Notes under the pieces: model-generated
Told to the model about the DNA's origin: nothing
What the model saw: only the letters and a program-made list of their open reading frames with translations
Databases searched by the model: none
DNA from: Limnohabitans sp.
GTDB taxonomy: Bacteria; Pseudomonadota; Gammaproteobacteria; Burkholderiales; Burkholderiaceae_C
Length of the DNA: 64,000 nucleotides
Reading direction: 5' to 3'
Assembly (NCBI RefSeq): GCF_034680285.1
Contig: NZ_JAXITC010000002.1
Span: forward strand, 139,633-203,632
Position numbers and translations under genes: made by a program
Shown: in pieces, positions 1 through 8,315 of the stretch
Numbering within the stretch: the first letter of the stretch is position 1
Layout: every line of letters begins with the position of its first letter

Positions 1-904
1 CCCAGGTGCGCAGGAGGCCGATGCAGTCGATCACCTTGAGCCACAGCGGAAACGACAACGCCCCCGCCGCGAAATACAAACCCAAGAACAGTGGCTCCAT
101 GGCCTTGGGCGCTTGCAAAAGGTCTTGCACAAAAAACAGCACCAGCGTGGCAGGCACGGCGCTGGCCAGACCGTTGAGCATGAACACCATCAAAAGGCGG
201 CGAAAACCCGCGTGCTGCCAAGGCTGCCATAGACTGCCAACTGCATGGGCATGGGCATCGCCATGCGGCACCGTCACAGCAGATGGGAAGGCGCGGCGTG
301 CAACGCGCTGCCAAGTGAACAAGCCCAGCGCCAGCATGGCGACCAACAAAACCGTGGTCAATGGCCAACCCCACAGCGCGGGCAAAGCCGATGCCAACAA
401 CACACCCACCAGCGCAAAGCCTTCACGCCAAGCAACCCAGCGACTTTGCACCATGGCGCCACCGCCCTGACGCGCAGCCCAAGCCTGGTGCAAGATACCC
501 AAACCGCTGTAGGCCAAATGGCTGAGTGTGAGCGCGGCGCCCACCCACACCAATAAGCCCGAAGGCGACAAGGATGCAGCAGGCGGGAAAAACAAGGCCG
601 CAAAACCCAACGCCACGGCCAACGCCAAGAACACCGCCGTCAGCCACACGGCCCGCCACGAGTGACGGTAAAGGCTGTCGCCCCAACGCCCAAGCCACGG
701 ATCCACCACCGCGTCCACGGTCCGGCCGATCAGCAACACCCCCCCCAGAGCGGCTAACGGCACGCCGTACTGGTGGGCGTACAAATTGGGCAAATGCACA
801 TACACAGGCAGCGCCACAAAGGCCAGCGGTAAGCCCAGCAAGCCATATGAAGCGAAGGCTTGGCTTGGTGCTGTAGTGCTAATGACTTGGGTCACAGCAC
901 TCAT
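1..904 (-). CDS. MFS transporter (GPH/MFS_2-like), 3' end truncated by window start
   Basis: Not in the ORF track. Manual translation from ATG 904 gives MSAVTQVISTTAPSQAFASYGLLGLPLAFVALPVYVHLPNLYAHQYGVPLAALGGVLLIGRTVDAVVDPWLG, a typical MFS N-terminus. The ATG overlaps the upstream TGA (ATGA, 901-904). Confidence 0.85.
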   Translation of the reverse strand, partial: MSAVTQVISTTAPSQAFASYGLLGLPLAFVALPVYVHLPNLYAHQYGVPLAALGGVLLIGRTVDAVVDPWLGRWGDSLYRHSWRAVWLTAVFLALAVALGFAALFFPPAASLSPSGLLVWVGAALTLSHLAYSGLGILHQAWAARQGGGAMVQSRWVAWREGFALVGVLLASALPALWGWPLTTVLLVAMLALGLFTWQRVARRAFPSAVTVPHGDAHAHAVGSLWQPWQHAGFRRLLMVFMLNGLASAVPATLVLFFVQDLLQAPKAMEPLFLGLYFAAGALSFPLWLKVIDCIGLLRTW

Positions 905-1533
905 GGCTGCAAGCCTTGCAAGAGCTGGGCGCGCATTTTGGGCTCAGAGGTGCGTTCGTCGAGCCAGATGCCAAAAAACAAGCGCGCAAAGGCCACGTCC
1001 TTGACCGTCCCCACGCGCTGGCCGTTGACCCAAAACTCGGCACCAACACCTGGCAGGTTCACGCCCGTGATGCGCTCGCCCGCTGACACATTGGGGAATA
1101 TTTCTCGCATGGCTGTTTGCCAGTTTTGCACTTGCGCCTCGCTGAGGCTGGCCACACGCCGCATTTCTTCGATCGAGCGGCTGGCAATCGCGGCCCCTTC
1201 GATCCTGCGAAGGTACTGCAACTCCAGTGCGAATGGGAACTGAACAGCTTGCCCGTACCGAAAGCCAACCGGCGTCCAAAGGCGGGCGTCGTACACCTCA
1301 AAACCCCAGACCCGCAAGCGCACGGGTGGGGTGGGCACGACCCCCTTCAGAGCGGCCACTTCGGGTCGACTGAACTCAGCGTTGAGCGCGTGATCCTTGG
1401 CTTGCGTCTGTGCCTGTGCATGGCTGAAAAGAGCGAGAAACATCCAACCACTGACGATGAGCGCCACGCAATTTGCTGGAGACACAAACTGCCTGCAGCG
1501 CTTGGCTTGCATCGTTTTCAGAGGTTTTTGCAT
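901..1533 (-). CDS. Chalcone isomerase-like (CHI-fold) exported protein
   Basis: ORF 901..1650; likely start 1533 (1512 possible). Signal-like segment, then RVWGFEVYDARLW, FALELQY-R, IFPNVSAGERITG and FARLFFGIWLDERTSEPKMR, as in bacterial CHI-like proteins. Confidence 0.8.
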   Translation of the reverse strand: MQKPLKTMQAKRCRQFVSPANCVALIVSGWMFLALFSHAQAQTQAKDHALNAEFSRPEVAALKGVVPTPPVRLRVWGFEVYDARLWTPVGFRYGQAVQFPFALELQYLRRIEGAAIASRSIEEMRRVASLSEAQVQNWQTAMREIFPNVSAGERITGVNLPGVGAEFWVNGQRVGTVKDVAFARLFFGIWLDERTSEPKMRAQLLQGLQP

Positions 1534-1540
1534 GTTCTGG

Positions 1541-2815
1541 TCAGCCGGGTTTGGCCAAAGTGAACTGCACCACGTCGATGTTGGCCTCATCGAACGCGGC
1601 TTCGCAATACGCCAAATAAAAGGACCACAAACGGATGAAGCGGTCGTCAAATTTCAGCATGCGCACGGTATCGAGTTGGGACATGAAGCTTTCGCGCCAG
1701 CGGCGCAGGGTTTCGGCGTAGTCGGGGCCGAAGTTCAATTCATCAACCACCTGCAAGCCTGCCGCCTGAGCCTGCTTGCGAAACTCACTGGGGCTTGGCA
1801 AACAGCCACCCGGAAAAATGTACTGCTGAATGAAATCGGTCGATTGCAAGTAACGCTCAAAAAAGCGGTCGTCAATCGTGATGCTCTGCACGCACGCGCG
1901 GCCACCGGGCTTGAGCATGCGGCTGATGGTTTGAAAATAAGTCGGCCAATATTCCTGGCCCACCGCCTCGATCATCTCGATGGAGCAGACCGCGTCGTAG
2001 GGCCCATCGTCGATGTCGCGGTAGTCTTGCAAGCGCAAATCCGCGCGTTGTTGCACGCCGTGCGATTGCATGCGGGCGTTGGCAAACGCCAGCTGCTCGG
2101 TGGACAAGGTCACGCCCGTGATGTGCGCCCCAAACTCGGTGGTGGCCGCTTCGGCCAAAGCGCCCCAGCCGCAGCCAATCTCCAGCACGCGGTCACCTGG
2201 CTTGGCGTTGACCATACGCAGGGCGCGGCGCACCTTGGCTTTTTGGGCCTCCGCCATGTCTTTCGTGTGGTCGCCTTCAAACCAGGCCGACGAATAGTTC
2301 ATCGTACCGTCCAGCCACAGCTCGTAAAAGGCGTTACCCAAGTCGTAATGGGCGTGGATGTTTTTGCGGCTGTTGCTGCGGTTGTTGCGGTTGAGCAGAT
2401 GCTTGATGCGGTAAAACAATCGCCCCAACCAGTGGCCATAAATGGCGCTCTCGATGTGGTCGCGGTTGGCAATCGTCAAGCGCAGCAAGGCTGCCAAATC
2501 CGGCGTGGTCCAGTCGCCAGCCATATAGCCCTCGGCAAAACCAATGTCGCCCGATTTGAGGACCTCGGCACACATGTCCCAGCGGTGGATGTGCAGGGCC
2601 GCAAACGGAGCCTCGTGCGTGCCAAAGACTTGGAGGTTGCCGTCGGGCGCATGCACCGTGAGCTTGCCGATTTTCAGACGGGTCAAGAGGCTGAGCAAAC
2701 GCACGGCGGCTTTGGGAAGGCTGGCATGCGAAATGGTGGTGGCGCGTGGGCCCAAGGTTTGGGCAGAGTCGGCTGTCTTCATGGTGGGTGGCATCCGGTG
2801 GGGTCCAGTGTTCAT
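1541..2815 (-). CDS. cfa: Cyclopropane-fatty-acyl-phospholipid synthase family SAM methyltransferase (UfaM-like)
   Basis: Motifs NIHAHYDLGN, SAM-binding VLEIGCGWG, SIEMIEAVG, FIQQYIFPGG. ATG 2815 overlaps the DUF1365 stop. Confidence 0.92.
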   Translation of the reverse strand: MNTGPHRMPPTMKTADSAQTLGPRATTISHASLPKAAVRLLSLLTRLKIGKLTVHAPDGNLQVFGTHEAPFAALHIHRWDMCAEVLKSGDIGFAEGYMAGDWTTPDLAALLRLTIANRDHIESAIYGHWLGRLFYRIKHLLNRNNRSNSRKNIHAHYDLGNAFYELWLDGTMNYSSAWFEGDHTKDMAEAQKAKVRRALRMVNAKPGDRVLEIGCGWGALAEAATTEFGAHITGVTLSTEQLAFANARMQSHGVQQRADLRLQDYRDIDDGPYDAVCSIEMIEAVGQEYWPTYFQTISRMLKPGGRACVQSITIDDRFFERYLQSTDFIQQYIFPGGCLPSPSEFRKQAQAAGLQVVDELNFGPDYAETLRRWRESFMSQLDTVRMLKFDDRFIRLWSFYLAYCEAAFDEANIDVVQFTLAKPG

Positions 2816-3588
2816 CGGGTCACAAAATCGCGGGGCGGTTCGGGCTTGTGCCAAAACGGTACTTTTTTCAGCCACAGCAGCAAGGCGTGCCAATGGATGC
2901 GGGCCACCACCCCCAAGGTCAGCAGCGGAAATCGCCACACCACGCGGCGCAAGGCCGTTGAGGTGGCGGGTTCGAGCACACCGCTCCAACTGGTGTCAAT
3001 CAAGGGGCCATCGGCATCGCCATGGTCCACACGCGCCACGATGCGGTCTTGCCCGCCGTGCGTCACGCGCATGAAGCGAAAGCGGTACTCGCCTTGCACA
3101 TCACAAAAAGGTGAAACGTGGAAAACCTTGTGCGCCAGCATGGTTTGACCATATTGAGGCTCGGGCAAGAGGTAGCAATGGCGCTCGCCAAAGGTGTTGT
3201 TCACCTCCGCCACGATGGCGGCCAGCCGACCATCGGCGCGGTGCACATACCAAAAACTCACAGGTTTAAAGGCGTGGCCCAGCACACGGGGGAAAGCCTG
3301 CAGCCAAACTTCGCCCGTGGCGTCTTCAATCCCTTCACGCTGTAGCAACTCATCGAGCCAGGCCAGTGCGCCGCCAGTCTCGACGGGCCGACCATCGCCG
3401 TGATCGGCGTCATGAAAGGCAAACCAAGCGCGGCGGTTGATGGCCAATGCCGTGGTGCAGTTACCCGCTTGCATGCTGCGCATGGGCAACATCAAAAACG
3501 CTGTCGGGTACGCAAAGGCATGGTGCGCAGGGCGGTGGCGTGTGTGCCGCACCTGGCCCCAACCGATGAGCGCAGTGGCAGGCTTCAT
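2812..3588 (-). CDS. DUF1365 family protein (UfaO-like)
   Basis: Motifs GQVRHTR-RP, FKPVSFWY, EVNNTFGERHCY, KVFHVSPF, IHWHAL-LWLK. Start 3588 overlaps the upstream stop. Confidence 0.9.
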   Translation of the reverse strand: MKPATALIGWGQVRHTRHRPAHHAFAYPTAFLMLPMRSMQAGNCTTALAINRRAWFAFHDADHGDGRPVETGGALAWLDELLQREGIEDATGEVWLQAFPRVLGHAFKPVSFWYVHRADGRLAAIVAEVNNTFGERHCYLLPEPQYGQTMLAHKVFHVSPFCDVQGEYRFRFMRVTHGGQDRIVARVDHGDADGPLIDTSWSGVLEPATSTALRRVVWRFPLLTLGVVARIHWHALLLWLKKVPFWHKPEPPRDFVTR

Positions 3589-4928
3589 GCAACCCACTTG
3601 TCGTGCGACGATTTGCTCTGATCACCGATCAGCTGAAGCAAAGACCGGCCCACTTGCAGGCCAGACTTCAGGCCGTCTTCGTGGAAGCCATAACCTGTCC
3701 AAGCCCCTGCGTACCAAGTGTGCTGCTGGCCTTGCAACAGAGGCAAGCGCTTTTGCGCTTCGATGGCGGCCAAGTCAAACACCGGGTGGGCGTAGTCGTA
3801 TTCACCCACGATGGTGGCCGGATCGATGTCTTGCAGCGGGTTGAGCGAAACCACCACGGGCTGTGCAAATGGGATGCGTTGCAAACGGTTGAGCAAGTAA
3901 TGCAGGCACACCCGCGAGGACTCGCGCTCGCTGCTGGCCGCACGCTCATAGTTCCAAGCAGCCCAAGTCTTGGGCTGGGCAGGCAACACGCTGGCATCGG
4001 TGTGCAGCACGGCGCGGTTTTCTTGGTAGCGGATGGCACCCAGCAAACTGCGCTCATAAGTGCTGGCCTCACGGAGCATGCCGAGTGCCTGGTCGGTGTG
4101 GGTGGCAATGACCACTTGGTCAAAGCGCTCTGCATGCCCATCGGTGACGATGCGCACGCCTTGTGCGTCGCGCTCAATCAAGCGCACAGGCGTGTTCAGG
4201 CGTTTGTCGTGCACGCCTGCCAAAATTTTCTCGACGTAGTTTCGAGCACCGCCCACCACGCTGAACCACTGGGGGCGGTTCGTCACCTGAATGAGGCCGT
4301 GGTTGTGACAGAACCGGATCATGGTCGCGACCGGGAACTGCAGCATCTGATCGGTTGGGCAACTCCAGATGCAGCCGAGCATGGGCAAAAAATACCAATC
4401 GCGAAACGGCTCGCTGAACTTGTGCGTGCGCAAAAAGTCTGCGAGTGGCTGCTGCAGCTCTGTTTCTCGCTGCTCTTTGGCAATGCGGGTGCACAGTGCA
4501 TTGAAACGCATCACATCAGCCAACATGCGCCAAAACCGTGGGTTGACCAAGTTGCTGCGTTGCGCGAACACGCTGTTCAGGTCGGTGCCGCTCCACTCCA
4601 AAGTGCGGCCGTTCAGAGCGCCCGGCACCTTGACCGAAAACGACATGTCAGACGGCGCAGTCTCGACATTTAGGTCGGCGAACAGGTTGATGAGGTTGGG
4701 GTAGGTGCGTTCATTGAAAACCAAAAAGCCGGTGTCCACACCGTGCGTGACCATGCCTTGCGGCGTGGGCAGGGTGATGTCCACCGTGTGGGTGTGGCCG
4801 CCAAAGTAGTCTCCAGCCTCAAACACGGTGATGTCGGCATGGTATTTCAAGGTATGGGCCACGGCCAAGCCGGAAATACCCGAACCCACAATCGCCAGTT
4901 TCATGCGCGGCTTGCTTGTCGCGCTCAT
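3585..4928 (-). CDS. FAD-dependent oxidoreductase, amine-oxidase family (UfaD-like desaturase)
   Basis: Rossmann motif IVGSGISG, plus GGHTHTV, VDTGFLVFNERTYPNL and GYGFHEDG, typical of cfa-cluster oxidoreductases. Confidence 0.9.
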   Translation of the reverse strand: MSATSKPRMKLAIVGSGISGLAVAHTLKYHADITVFEAGDYFGGHTHTVDITLPTPQGMVTHGVDTGFLVFNERTYPNLINLFADLNVETAPSDMSFSVKVPGALNGRTLEWSGTDLNSVFAQRSNLVNPRFWRMLADVMRFNALCTRIAKEQRETELQQPLADFLRTHKFSEPFRDWYFLPMLGCIWSCPTDQMLQFPVATMIRFCHNHGLIQVTNRPQWFSVVGGARNYVEKILAGVHDKRLNTPVRLIERDAQGVRIVTDGHAERFDQVVIATHTDQALGMLREASTYERSLLGAIRYQENRAVLHTDASVLPAQPKTWAAWNYERAASSERESSRVCLHYLLNRLQRIPFAQPVVVSLNPLQDIDPATIVGEYDYAHPVFDLAAIEAQKRLPLLQGQQHTWYAGAWTGYGFHEDGLKSGLQVGRSLLQLIGDQSKSSHDKWVA

Positions 4929-5524
4929 GGCTGGGCTTTCAAGGCTTTGTCGATGGCCGACAACAGCGTTTTGCTTTCCGGCCCAGTCATGCTGCTGTAC
5001 TGGTCAATGACCTTGCCGTCACGGCCAATCAGGTATTTGTGAAAGTTCCAGCGCGGCTTTTGCCCTGTTTGTGCGGTCAACTGTTTGAACAGAGGCGCAG
5101 CGCCATCGCCTGTGACCTGTGTTTTGGTGAACATGGGGAATTTCACGCCAAAGGTACTCTCGCAAAAGTCAGCGATCTCTTTGTTGCTGCCTTTCTCCTG
5201 TGCAAAGTCATTCGAGGGAAAGCCCAAAACAACCAAGCCCTTGTCTTTGTATTGGCCACTCAGCGTCTCCAAGCCCTTGTATTGCGAGGTGAAGCCACAA
5301 AAGCTGGCGGTGTTGACCACCAAAACCACTTTGCCCGCGTATTGGCACAAAGACTGCGGCTTTTCGTCCTGCAGACGGTCAAACGTGTGGTTCAAGAGCG
5401 CGGGGCACGTGGCTGTCGGGCTGGCGGCTTGAGCCATCTGCACAAGCAAACCGAGCACTGCTGCCAAGATGACCCAAGCCAAGCGGCTGACCCAAGGATT
5501 GACTCGTAAGTTATTCATTTGCAC
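4925..5524 (-). CDS. Glutathione peroxidase (Cys type) with N-terminal signal peptide
   Basis: Motifs VLVVNTASFCGFT, VLGFPSNDF, PRWNFHKYLIGRDG; hydrophobic leader ending AQA. Confidence 0.9.
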   Translation of the reverse strand: MQMNNLRVNPWVSRLAWVILAAVLGLLVQMAQAASPTATCPALLNHTFDRLQDEKPQSLCQYAGKVVLVVNTASFCGFTSQYKGLETLSGQYKDKGLVVLGFPSNDFAQEKGSNKEIADFCESTFGVKFPMFTKTQVTGDGAAPLFKQLTAQTGQKPRWNFHKYLIGRDGKVIDQYSSMTGPESKTLLSAIDKALKAQP

Positions 5525-5548
5525 TTAAAAACCTATTTTGTGACTGAT

Positions 5549-5560
5549 GAGTTTAAACTC
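5549..5560. promoter_or_regulatory. Perfect palindrome GAGTTTAAACTC in divergent promoter (candidate operator)
   Basis: 12-bp perfect inverted repeat in the 82-bp gap between the peroxidase and DUF2256 starts. Flanked by GTGAC (5540-5544) and GTCAC (5574-5578). Confidence 0.4.
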
Positions 5561-5606
5561 GATTCTTCAGATTGTCACTTTTGCCCTTGCGCTCAAGGAA
5601 AGCACC

Positions 5607-5789
5607 ATGACCAAACCCTCAGGTTTCAAAGGGAACAAACAGGATTTGCCCCAAAAACCCTGTCTGGTTTGCGGCCGTCCCATGAGTTGGCGAAAAAGCT
5701 GGGCCAAGAACTGGGACCAGGTTTTGTACTGCAGCGACCGCTGCCGAGCCGCCAAAAACAAAGCACCCGTGACGAAAGTGCCCGCATGA
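5607..5789 (+). CDS. DUF2256 family small Cys protein
   Basis: MTKPSGFKGNKQDLPQKPCLVCGRPMSWRKSWAKNWDQVLYCSDRCR; AAGGAAAG RBS upstream. Confidence 0.88.
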   Translation: MTKPSGFKGNKQDLPQKPCLVCGRPMSWRKSWAKNWDQVLYCSDRCRAAKNKAPVTKVPA

Positions 5790-7324
5790 CCCGCCACCTG
5801 ATATTGGTCCTGGGTGACCAGCTGGGCTGGGACAACCCCGCACTGGACGACTTTGACCCAAGCCAAGACCGTTTGTTGCTGATCGAAGCCGACAGTGAAG
5901 CGCAGGAGGTCTGGAACCACAAAACCCGCATTGCCTTGTTTTTGTCAGGCATGCGCCACTTTGCCAACGAAGCACACCGCCGCTGCAGGCCCTGCACCTA
6001 CTTGAAGCTGGACGACAGCGAGCTGCCCATCGACTTTGCAGGACGCTTGGCCCATGCGCTGCACACGCACGCCCCCCAAGCCTTGGTGGTCATGGAGGTC
6101 GGGGCCTGGCGCATGGAGCGGCTGATTGAAGACGCCGCCGAACAGGCGCAGACACTGCTGCGCTGGGTGGCTGACACCCACTTTTTGTGCAGCCGAGCCG
6201 CGTTTGCCAAATGGGCGGGCGACAAAAAAGAGCTGCGCATGGAGTTCTTTTACCGCGAGATGCGCAAGCGCCACGGGATCCTGATGGAGGGCAAAGAGCC
6301 GATTGGCGGCCAATGGAACTACGACGCCGAAAACCGCAAAGGCTTTGGTGCCAAAGGCCCCGGCACCGTGCCGCCGCCCGCCCGCTTTGCGCCAGACCGC
6401 GTGACGCAAGACGTGATCGACATGGTCAACACACGTTTTGCAGAGCACCCCGGCACGCTGGACCACTTTGCCTGGCCCGTGACGCGCGAAGACGCGTTGG
6501 TGGCGCTGCAACACTTCATTGACCAGCGATTAGAGAACTTTGGCGCCTGGCAAGACGCGATGTGGACCACGCTGCCCTTTGGCTGGCACGCCCTGGTGGG
6601 CAGCAGCCTGAACCTGCACTTGCTCAACCCACGCGAAGTGGTAGCGGCGGCCGAGCAGGCTTATCACGCACGCGGCCTGCCGCTGGCCAGCGTGGAAGGC
6701 TTCATCCGCCAAGTGCTGGGCTGGCGCGAGTTCATCCGCGGTGTTTATTGGCTAGACATGCCCCACCTGGCCGAGGCCAACCACTATGGCCACACCCGCG
6801 ACCTGCCCAAGTGGTACTGGACAGGCAACACCCACATGACCTGCATGCAAGCGACCATCGGCCAGACCCTGCAACACGGTTACGCGCACCACATCCAGCG
6901 GCTCATGGTCACGGGACAATTTGCGGTGTTGGCAGGGCTATCACCGCAGCAAGTCAGCGCCTGGTACCGCGCCATGTACGTGGACGCGGTGGAGTGGGTG
7001 GAAACGCCGAACACGCTTGGCATGGCCCTGCACGCCAACGGCGGGCGCTTCACCAGCAAGCCTTATGTGGCCAGCGGCCAATATGTGAGCCGCATGAGCA
7101 ACTACTGCAAAGGCTGCCGCTACCAACCCGAGGTGCGCACAGGCCCCAGCGCCTGCCCCATGACCACGCTGTATTGGGACTTTTTGATCCTCCACGAAAA
7201 AGACTTTGCCGGCAACCCGCGCACCGCGCTCATGGTGAAGCATGTGGGCCGCATGAGCGAGGAAGACAAAGCCCAGATACGGACCCAGGCCGATGCCACT
7301 CGGGCAGGGCTGGACAGCGTCTGA
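5786..7324 (+). CDS. Cryptochrome/photolyase, FeS-BCP (PhrB/CryB-like (6-4) photolyase) class
   Basis: Starts MTRHLILVLGDQL. Contains LRMEFFYREMRK, GGQWNYDAENRK, YAHHIQRLM and C-terminal Cys ligands (MTCM, NYCKGCRY, ACP). ATGA overlap with DUF2256. Confidence 0.9.
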   Translation: MTRHLILVLGDQLGWDNPALDDFDPSQDRLLLIEADSEAQEVWNHKTRIALFLSGMRHFANEAHRRCRPCTYLKLDDSELPIDFAGRLAHALHTHAPQALVVMEVGAWRMERLIEDAAEQAQTLLRWVADTHFLCSRAAFAKWAGDKKELRMEFFYREMRKRHGILMEGKEPIGGQWNYDAENRKGFGAKGPGTVPPPARFAPDRVTQDVIDMVNTRFAEHPGTLDHFAWPVTREDALVALQHFIDQRLENFGAWQDAMWTTLPFGWHALVGSSLNLHLLNPREVVAAAEQAYHARGLPLASVEGFIRQVLGWREFIRGVYWLDMPHLAEANHYGHTRDLPKWYWTGNTHMTCMQATIGQTLQHGYAHHIQRLMVTGQFAVLAGLSPQQVSAWYRAMYVDAVEWVETPNTLGMALHANGGRFTSKPYVASGQYVSRMSNYCKGCRYQPEVRTGPSACPMTTLYWDFLILHEKDFAGNPRTALMVKHVGRMSEEDKAQIRTQADATRAGLDSV

Positions 7325-7334
7325 GACGCCACGG

Positions 7335-8231
7335 TCATTTGCGCCGACTGATTTGTTGGAGCACATGCTGCTTGAAGGCCAGCGCCAGCGGTGAGAGTTT
7401 TTTGCCCGCTGGGTAGACGATGTGCCAGGCTGAGGGCAGGGGAAAGCCCTGCACATCGATCACGCTGACGCCGTTTTCTTTTTGGTGGCCATGCAGAGCG
7501 TGGCGTGACACCACGCCGACGCCCAATCCACCCGCCACCGATTCCTTGATGGCCTCGTTGCTGCCCAGCTCCAGCCGCACATCGGGGCGGAACTTCATCT
7601 GGCGGAAAAACTGGTCGCCTGCCATGCGTGTGCCCGAGCCTTTTTCGCGAAAGATGAAGCGACGCTGCACCAACTCATTCAAAGGCACGGCGCTACGTTT
7701 GGCCAAAGGGTCGGACGTAGAGGCGATGACCACAATCGGGTTGGGCATGAAGGCCTCGTCGCCCAAGTCCATGTCTTTGGGTGGCATGGACATGATGTAG
7801 AGGTCATCGCGGTTGTCACGCAGACGCTGCACCACCCCGTCGCGGTTCAGGATTTCGAGCGACACATCAATCGCCGGATGCCGCTTGCAAAAGCTGCCGA
7901 TCAGGTGCGGCATGAAGTACTTGGCCGTACTCACCACGGCCACCCGCAGCTTGCCACGCGACAAGCCCTTCGCTGCATCCACGTTTTGCTCAAAAGCATC
8001 CCAGGTCTGTGCCACCGCTCGGGCTGTTTGCGCCAACTCCTGTCCCACCTGGGTCAGGTAAAGCTTTTTGCCCACCAGTTCGTACAAAGGCAAGCCCACG
8101 GCCCCAGCCATGTCCTTGAGTTGCATCGAGGCCGTGGGCTGAGTCACATGCATCACTTTGGCCGCTGCACTCACACTGCCAGTTTCAGCCAGTGCCAAGA
8201 ACAAGCGCAGTTGTCGAAAGGTGATGTTCAT
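7335..8231 (-). CDS. LysR family regulator, CbbR/CmpR-like
   Basis: HTH MNITFRQLRLFLALAETGSVSAAAKVMHVTQPTASMQLK; VSTAKYFMP, REKGSGTR and SNEAIKESV are CbbR-like motifs. Confidence 0.85.
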   Translation of the reverse strand: MNITFRQLRLFLALAETGSVSAAAKVMHVTQPTASMQLKDMAGAVGLPLYELVGKKLYLTQVGQELAQTARAVAQTWDAFEQNVDAAKGLSRGKLRVAVVSTAKYFMPHLIGSFCKRHPAIDVSLEILNRDGVVQRLRDNRDDLYIMSMPPKDMDLGDEAFMPNPIVVIASTSDPLAKRSAVPLNELVQRRFIFREKGSGTRMAGDQFFRQMKFRPDVRLELGSNEAIKESVAGGLGVGVVSRHALHGHQKENGVSVIDVQGFPLPSAWHIVYPAGKKLSPLALAFKQHVLQQISRRK

Positions 8232-8250
8232 AGATTTTTATCTATAGTCA
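8230..8250. promoter_or_regulatory. LysR (CbbR-type) binding site
   Basis: Inverted repeat ATAGA-N6-TCTAT (8230-8245) and TTA-N7-TCA (8238-8250, matching TNA-N7-TNA) abut the LysR start codon. Confidence 0.5.
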
Positions 8251-8315
8251 AACGCATAAGAATCGATTTTACAAGCAGCACGGCAATTTTTATGATCAAA
8301 GCAAGGAACCACACC

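Noticed and set aside
1397-3148. 583-aa plus-strand ORF
   Set aside because: Antisense shadow of cfa/DUF1365 in GC-rich DNA, with no recognisable motifs.
4925-5524. Possible selenocysteine glutathione peroxidase
   Set aside because: The active site is an ordinary Cys (NTASFCGFT) and there is no in-frame TGA.
7878-8315. Long N-terminal extension of the SbtA ORF (similar extensions on the cryptochrome, mltA, IOR, parB and HK2 ORFs)
   Set aside because: The extensions overlap neighbouring genes. Downstream ATGs have RBSs or stop-start overlaps and match family N-termini.
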